From: Candidatus Methylomirabilia bacterium
GTDB lineage: Bacteria; Methylomirabilota; Methylomirabilia; Rokubacteriales; CSP1-6
DNA: 32,215 nucleotides
Assembly (NCBI GenBank): GCA_041497895.1
Contig: JBGQHJ010000040.1
Span: forward strand, 1-32,215
Direction of reading: 5' to 3'
The number at the start of each line of letters is the position of its first letter. Position 1 is the first letter of the stretch. The position numbers were made by a program, and so were the translations under genes. Below the pieces are notes generated by a model. The model had not been told where the DNA came from and did no database searches. It worked only from the letters and a program-made list of their open reading frames with translations. This document shows, in pieces, positions 28,052 through 32,215 of this stretch.

Positions 28052-28620
28052 CGCAGGCGGCGCGCGATCCCGGGGTAGTCGCGCACCAGGCCCGCCGCGT
28101 CCACCGGGAGCTCCGCGCTGAAGCCGCTGTCGAGGCTGCGGAAGCGCCATCGCGCGCCGTCGGGCTGCCGCTCGAGCAGCGTGTACTCCTGCCCGGCGGG
28201 CCGGACGACCAGATCCGGCAGCGTCACGTAGGCGACCGCGAGGGCCACCGGCGCGCCGACCGCGGGTGCGGGCAGCCGCCGGATCGGCAGCGTGTTGGTG
28301 AAGGGCGACGGGTAGACGTCGATGTCGAGGCAGCCGTCGAGCGGCCGCGCGGCGCCGGTGACCGCGTCGGTCCAGTGGCCGAGCCCGTCCGCGTGCAGGT
28401 CGAGGGCCCGAGTCGAGTCGCCGAGCAGCTCGATCCGCGCGTGGCGCACCCGCCAGTCCGCGTCGATCTCGATCGCGAAGCGGGCCCGGAACGGCCGGCC
28501 GTCGTCGTCGAGCGCGATGATCACGCTGTCGGAGCGCGCGCCGTCCCCGTCGACCCGCAGCCGCAGGTGCTCGAGGCCCGGGCCCTCCCACGCGGCCCAG
28601 AGCGCCTCGATCGTCGCCAT
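28048..28620 (-). CDS. Putative glycolipid-binding domain protein (DUF1089-like)
   Basis: WEGPGLEHLRL, LDGCLDID..PSPFTNTLPIRRL, QEYT, VDAAGLVRDYP. Confidence 0.8.
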   Translation of the reverse strand: MATIEALWAAWEGPGLEHLRLRVDGDGARSDSVIIALDDDGRPFRARFAIEIDADWRVRHARIELLGDSTRALDLHADGLGHWTDAVTGAARPLDGCLDIDVYPSPFTNTLPIRRLPAPAVGAPVALAVAYVTLPDLVVRPAGQEYTLLERQPDGARWRFRSLDSGFSAELPVDAAGLVRDYPGIARRLR

Positions 28621-29564
28621 CAGTAGCCGCGGCGGCGGTCGACCGCGTGCCGGAGAGGCTGGCCGGCGAGGTAGCGACGGAGATTGTCGGCGAAGATCGG
28701 GGCGATCTCGCGCGGGGTGCTGGGCCCCGAGATGTGCGGGGTGATCACCACGTTGTCGAGCGTCCACAGCGGGTGCTCGGCGGGCAGGGGCTCGGTGTCG
28801 AAGACGTCGAGGATCGCGCCGCCGATGCGGCGGGCCCGGAGCGCGTCGATCAGGGCCGGCTCGTCGACGATCGGGCCCCGCGCGACGTTGACGAGCCACG
28901 CCGACGGCTTCATGGCCGCGAGCGCGGGGGGCCCGAGCAGGCCGCGGGTGGCCGCGCTCAGCGGCAGGGTCAGCACGACGAAGTCGGCGAGGCCGAGCGC
29001 GGCCGGGAGCGCGCGCGGGCGGTACACGCGCTCCACCCCCGGGACGGCGCGCCCGCTCCGCGAGACGCCGAGCACGCGCATGCCGAGCGCCCGCCCGGAG
29101 CGCGCGATGCGCGCGCCGATGTCGCCCAGGCCCAGCACGCAGAGGGTCTGCCCCCGCAGCGGGATCGGATCGACCGGCACCCACCGCCGCGCCCTCTGAT
29201 CGGCGCGGAAGCGGTCCATGCGCTGGGTGACCCAGAGGCACCAGCCGAGCGCGTACTCCGCCATCCACGGCCCGAAGATGCCGGCGACCCGCGTGATCGC
29301 CACGCGGGGAGAGACCTCCGGCACCAGGAGCTGCTCGACGCCGGCGCCCATGCACTGGATCCAGCGGAGGCGCGTCGCGGCGGCCAGGAGCGCGCGCGGG
29401 GGCCGCCAGCAGTAGAGGATCTCGGCCTCGGGGGCGCCGGCGATCGCGGCCCCGGGCGTGAGCGCCGCGGTGACCGACCAGTCCCGCGAGGGGAGCCGGA
29501 TCAGGCCCGCGTAGGCGCGGGTATCCGCCGGCTCCGGGTGGTACACCAGGATGCGCCGGGTCAC
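28620..29564 (-). CDS. D-2-hydroxyacid dehydrogenase
   Basis: LRWIQ..GAGV, MAEY, GLGDIG, LVNVARG, LDVFDTEPL, TPHISG; GTGA overlap with the upstream gene. Confidence 0.93.
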   Translation of the reverse strand: MTRRILVYHPEPADTRAYAGLIRLPSRDWSVTAALTPGAAIAGAPEAEILYCWRPPRALLAAATRLRWIQCMGAGVEQLLVPEVSPRVAITRVAGIFGPWMAEYALGWCLWVTQRMDRFRADQRARRWVPVDPIPLRGQTLCVLGLGDIGARIARSGRALGMRVLGVSRSGRAVPGVERVYRPRALPAALGLADFVVLTLPLSAATRGLLGPPALAAMKPSAWLVNVARGPIVDEPALIDALRARRIGGAILDVFDTEPLPAEHPLWTLDNVVITPHISGPSTPREIAPIFADNLRRYLAGQPLRHAVDRRRGY

Positions 29565-30529
29565 GCGCCGATCTTGGAGAGCAGCCGGTCCTCGAAGGAG
29601 AAGTCGACCGCGCGGTCCGCCAGCCCCTGGGCGCGGTACCACTGCCACGTCTGCACGAGCCCGCCGTGCAGGGTGTAGCGCGGCTTCATCCCGAGCTCGG
29701 CGCGCAACTTGGTGGTGGTGTGGACGGCGTGGCAGTCGTAGACCAGATTCTGGCCGAAGACCGGTCCCGGCTTGTCGAAGGCCTTGAGGAGCGCGGGATC
29801 GAAGTGGCGGAAGGTCACCGGGCGGCCCATCGCCTCCGCGATCAGCTCGACGAAGCCGACCTGGCTCACCACGTCCTCGCCCATGACGTTGTAGGCCTGG
29901 CCATAGGCGCGCTCGTTGCCGAGCAGGGCCGCCATGACCTCCGCCAGGTCCTCGACGTGGCCGAACTGGCGCAGCCAGCCGCCGGGCCCGGGCACCAGCA
30001 CCGGCCGCCCGCGGTGGATCCGGTCCATGAAGAAGGTTTCGTTGTTGCGCGTGTTCAGCGGCCCCATCACGTGGGTCGGCCGCACGATGGTCACCGGCAG
30101 CCCGGTCCGGCGGTGGCGCTCGAGCAGCACGTCCTCCCCGCCGATCTTGTGCCGCGCGTAGTCACCCCAGTAGAGGCCGCGCGCGGTCTCCTCGGAGTAG
30201 GGAATGGGCAACGCGTGGTCGTAGACCCGGCAGGTCGAGACGAAGACCACGTGGGGCGTGCCGGCGAGGGCGTCGACCAGCGCGGCCACGTCCTCGCCGA
30301 GCGTCGGCGCGTAGGTGACGTCGTAGACCGCGTCGAAGCGGCGGCCCGCGAGGCGCTCGCGCAGGCCCGCGTGGTCCTTGCGGTCGCCCGCGATGAGCGC
30401 GACGCCGGCGGGCAGGCGATCGGGCCGGCGGCCGCGGTTGAAGACGGTGACGTCGTGGCCGCGGGCCTGCAGCGCCCGCAGCAGGTGGAGGCTGATGAAC
30501 TCGGTCCCGCCCATCACGAGGACGCGCAT
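29561..30529 (-). CDS. Atypical SDR / NAD-dependent epimerase-dehydratase family protein
   Basis: MRVLVMGGTEFIS, VTVFNRG, GDRKD, FVST, YARHK, TIVRP, HVEDLA, YNV. Confidence 0.88.
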   Translation of the reverse strand: MRVLVMGGTEFISLHLLRALQARGHDVTVFNRGRRPDRLPAGVALIAGDRKDHAGLRERLAGRRFDAVYDVTYAPTLGEDVAALVDALAGTPHVVFVSTCRVYDHALPIPYSEETARGLYWGDYARHKIGGEDVLLERHRRTGLPVTIVRPTHVMGPLNTRNNETFFMDRIHRGRPVLVPGPGGWLRQFGHVEDLAEVMAALLGNERAYGQAYNVMGEDVVSQVGFVELIAEAMGRPVTFRHFDPALLKAFDKPGPVFGQNLVYDCHAVHTTTKLRAELGMKPRYTLHGGLVQTWQWYRAQGLADRAVDFSFEDRLLSKIGA

Positions 30530-30545
30530 GGCCGCGGTGATTCTA

Positions 30546-31538
30546 TCAGAGCCAGCCGGAGCGCTTGAAGCGGTAGTAGAGCAGCCCGCAGAGGCAGGCG
30601 GTGACGGTCATGACCACCGGGTAGCCCCATCGCCAGCGCAGCTCGGGCATGAACTCGAAGTTCATGCCGTAGACGCCGGCGATCATGGTGGGGATCGCGA
30701 AGATGGCGGCCCATCCGGTGATCCGCTTGGTGGCCTCGTTCTGGGCGATGGTGGTGAGCGAGAGGTTGGCCTCGAGCGCGGTGCCGAGCAGCTCGCGCAG
30801 CCCGTCCACCTTCTCGCTGAGGCGGATCGCGTGGTCGTAGACGTCCCGGAAGTAGGGCCGGGCGTCGTCGGGGATCAGGTCGAGATCGGTGCGCATGAGC
30901 CGGTTGCAGATGTCGACCAGGGGCGAGACCCCGCGCTTGATCTCGAGCAGGTCGCGCTTGAGGTTGTAGATGCGCATGGTGGTATCGCGGCTGATGGCCT
31001 CTCCGAAGATGTCGGCCTCGAGCGCCTCCAGATCGTCCTCGAGCGAGTCCACGATGGGGAAGTACTGGTCCACCACGAAGTCCATGATCGCGTGCAGCAC
31101 GAACCCCGGCCCTTTGGCGAGGAGCTGCGGGGCCGCCTCGCAGCGGGTGCGCACGTCGGCGTAGGAGAGCGAGGCCCCGTGCCGGACCGAGACCACGTAG
31201 CGGGCGCCGACGAAGAGGTGGGTCTCCCCGAAGGCGATGCGACGCTGCTCGCGGTCCGGCTGGGCGGTGCGGAGCGCGATGAAGAGCGAGTCGCCGTAGC
31301 GCTCGAGCTTGGGCCGCTGGTGGGCCAGGTGCGCGTCCTCGATGGCGAGGTCGTGCAGGCCGAACTCGGCCTGCACCTCCTTGAGCAGGGGCTCGTCGGG
31401 CTCGTAGAGGCCGATCCAGACGAAGCGGTCGTCCTGGGTCAGGACCTCGCTGATGTCCTCGATCGCCACGTCGGCCACCCGGCGGCCGCCCGCGTAGGCG
31501 GCACAGGCCACCACCGGGCCCTGGCTCGATCCGGGCAT
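30546..31538 (-). CDS. corA: CorA-family Mg2+/Co2+ transporter
   Basis: FGLHDLAIED, HQRPKLE, YFRDVYDH, QNE, GVYGMNFEFMPEL, two C-terminal TM helices. Confidence 0.95.
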   Translation of the reverse strand: MPGSSQGPVVACAAYAGGRRVADVAIEDISEVLTQDDRFVWIGLYEPDEPLLKEVQAEFGLHDLAIEDAHLAHQRPKLERYGDSLFIALRTAQPDREQRRIAFGETHLFVGARYVVSVRHGASLSYADVRTRCEAAPQLLAKGPGFVLHAIMDFVVDQYFPIVDSLEDDLEALEADIFGEAISRDTTMRIYNLKRDLLEIKRGVSPLVDICNRLMRTDLDLIPDDARPYFRDVYDHAIRLSEKVDGLRELLGTALEANLSLTTIAQNEATKRITGWAAIFAIPTMIAGVYGMNFEFMPELRWRWGYPVVMTVTACLCGLLYYRFKRSGWL

Positions 31539-31783
31539 CAACCGACCGTCACCGCCACGCAGGTGGTGGTGCGCGTCACCCCGTCGATCACCCCGATGGA
31601 GTCGGTGACGAGGCTGCCGATGGCGTCGAGGGTCTGGCCGTCCACGATCGCGATGAAGTCGTACGGCCCGGTGACGGCGTCCATGGCCGCCACCGTCGCG
31701 CGGGTGTTCTTGATCTTGGCGAGCGCCTTCTTGACGTTCTTGGTCTTGCCGGCCGCGGTCTCGATCAGCACGTAGGCTTTCAT
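31538..31783 (-). CDS. Stand-alone Lrp/AsnC ligand-binding (RAM) domain protein, 81 aa
   Basis: SD AAGGAG; MKAYVLIET, VTGPYDFIA, IDGVTRTTTC; no HTH. Confidence 0.87.
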   Translation of the reverse strand: MKAYVLIETAAGKTKNVKKALAKIKNTRATVAAMDAVTGPYDFIAIVDGQTLDAIGSLVTDSIGVIDGVTRTTTCVAVTVG

Positions 31784-31797
31784 CGTCGTCTCCTTTA

Positions 31798-32215
31798 TCA
31801 GCGGAAGATCCACCAGCCGGCCAGGACGGCCCCCGCGGCCGCGACGGCTCCCGCCACCCGGCGGAAGTTGGTGCGAAAGAACGGGATGACGAAGAAGGGC
31901 GAGCGGCGCTCGGACGGCCGGATCCGTCCGTCGAGGAGGCCGTCGACGACGGTCATGGCCTCCGCGAGGAGCACCTCGGTGGTCGCGCGCGCGAAGGCCG
32001 GGTCGGCCAGCGCCGGGTGCCCCACGTAGCCCTGGCCACCGCGGCGCAGCGGATAGTTGGGCACGAGGCGCTCGCGAAGCGAGTAGCGGGCGGCGGGCAG
32101 CGTGCGGTAGCCGTCGTCGACCAGGTCGGGTCGCAGCGCCAGCATGATCGACGTCTCCCACCAGCCGCCGTGCGCGTCCTCGGCAAAGGCCTCGCGCTCG
32201 ACGGGCGACAGCGGC
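31798..32215 (-). CDS. Creatininase-family amidohydrolase (C-terminal part; 5' end outside window)
   Basis: EDAHGGWWETSIMLALRPDLV (HAG..ETS motif), GYVGHPALA; C-terminal hydrophobic tail. Confidence 0.8.
   Translation of the reverse strand, partial: PLSPVEREAFAEDAHGGWWETSIMLALRPDLVDDGYRTLPAARYSLRERLVPNYPLRRGGQGYVGHPALADPAFARATTEVLLAEAMTVVDGLLDGRIRPSERRSPFFVIPFFRTNFRRVAGAVAAAGAVLAGWWIFR

Noticed and set aside
1..32215. Phage, transposon, defence island, rRNA or tRNA
   Set aside because: No recognisable hallmark genes or RNA structures; composition is essentially uniform apart from about 20950-21340.

Overview
Very GC-rich, densely coding bacterial chromosome segment. Gene content and style resemble Ca. 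Rokubacteria/Methylomirabilota, but that is only an inference. Left part: a phosphate/polyphosphate cluster (partial ppx and sixA on the minus strand; a Tat-exported transglutaminase-like gene; phoB, pstSCAB, phoU and a LOG-family gene; no phoR in the window). Four-unit, 11-bp-periodic Pho-box-like arrays lie upstream of phoB and pstS. Middle: a small Zn-ribbon protein, a large double-Zn-ribbon/class III cyclase/STAND-ATPase/TPR protein, an EamA transporter, glutamine-dependent nadE, a YnfA-family gene with an apparent CTG start, a DUF2867-like gene, and a minus-strand flavin reductase-DegT aminotransferase-GT4-MsbA-like operon. Right: a cysteine-free Mrp/ApbC ATPase in frame with an upstream Cys/His-rich mini-domain, stand-alone LON-N and PDZ-PDZ proteins, an amidase, a BoxC-like palindrome, a carbamoyltransferase plus methyltransferase, and a minus-strand run (partial creatininase-family gene, stand-alone AsnC ligand-binding domain, corA, atypical SDR, D-2-hydroxyacid dehydrogenase, DUF1089-like). 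I saw no rRNA, tRNA, CRISPR array, integrase or transposase. Notable patterns: many TAnnnT -10 boxes 6-11 nt from start codons (probable leaderless mRNAs), the Cys-less Mrp arrangement, and a 20-bp tandem duplication of a stop+RBS junction. All family calls come from motif recognition, not database searches.
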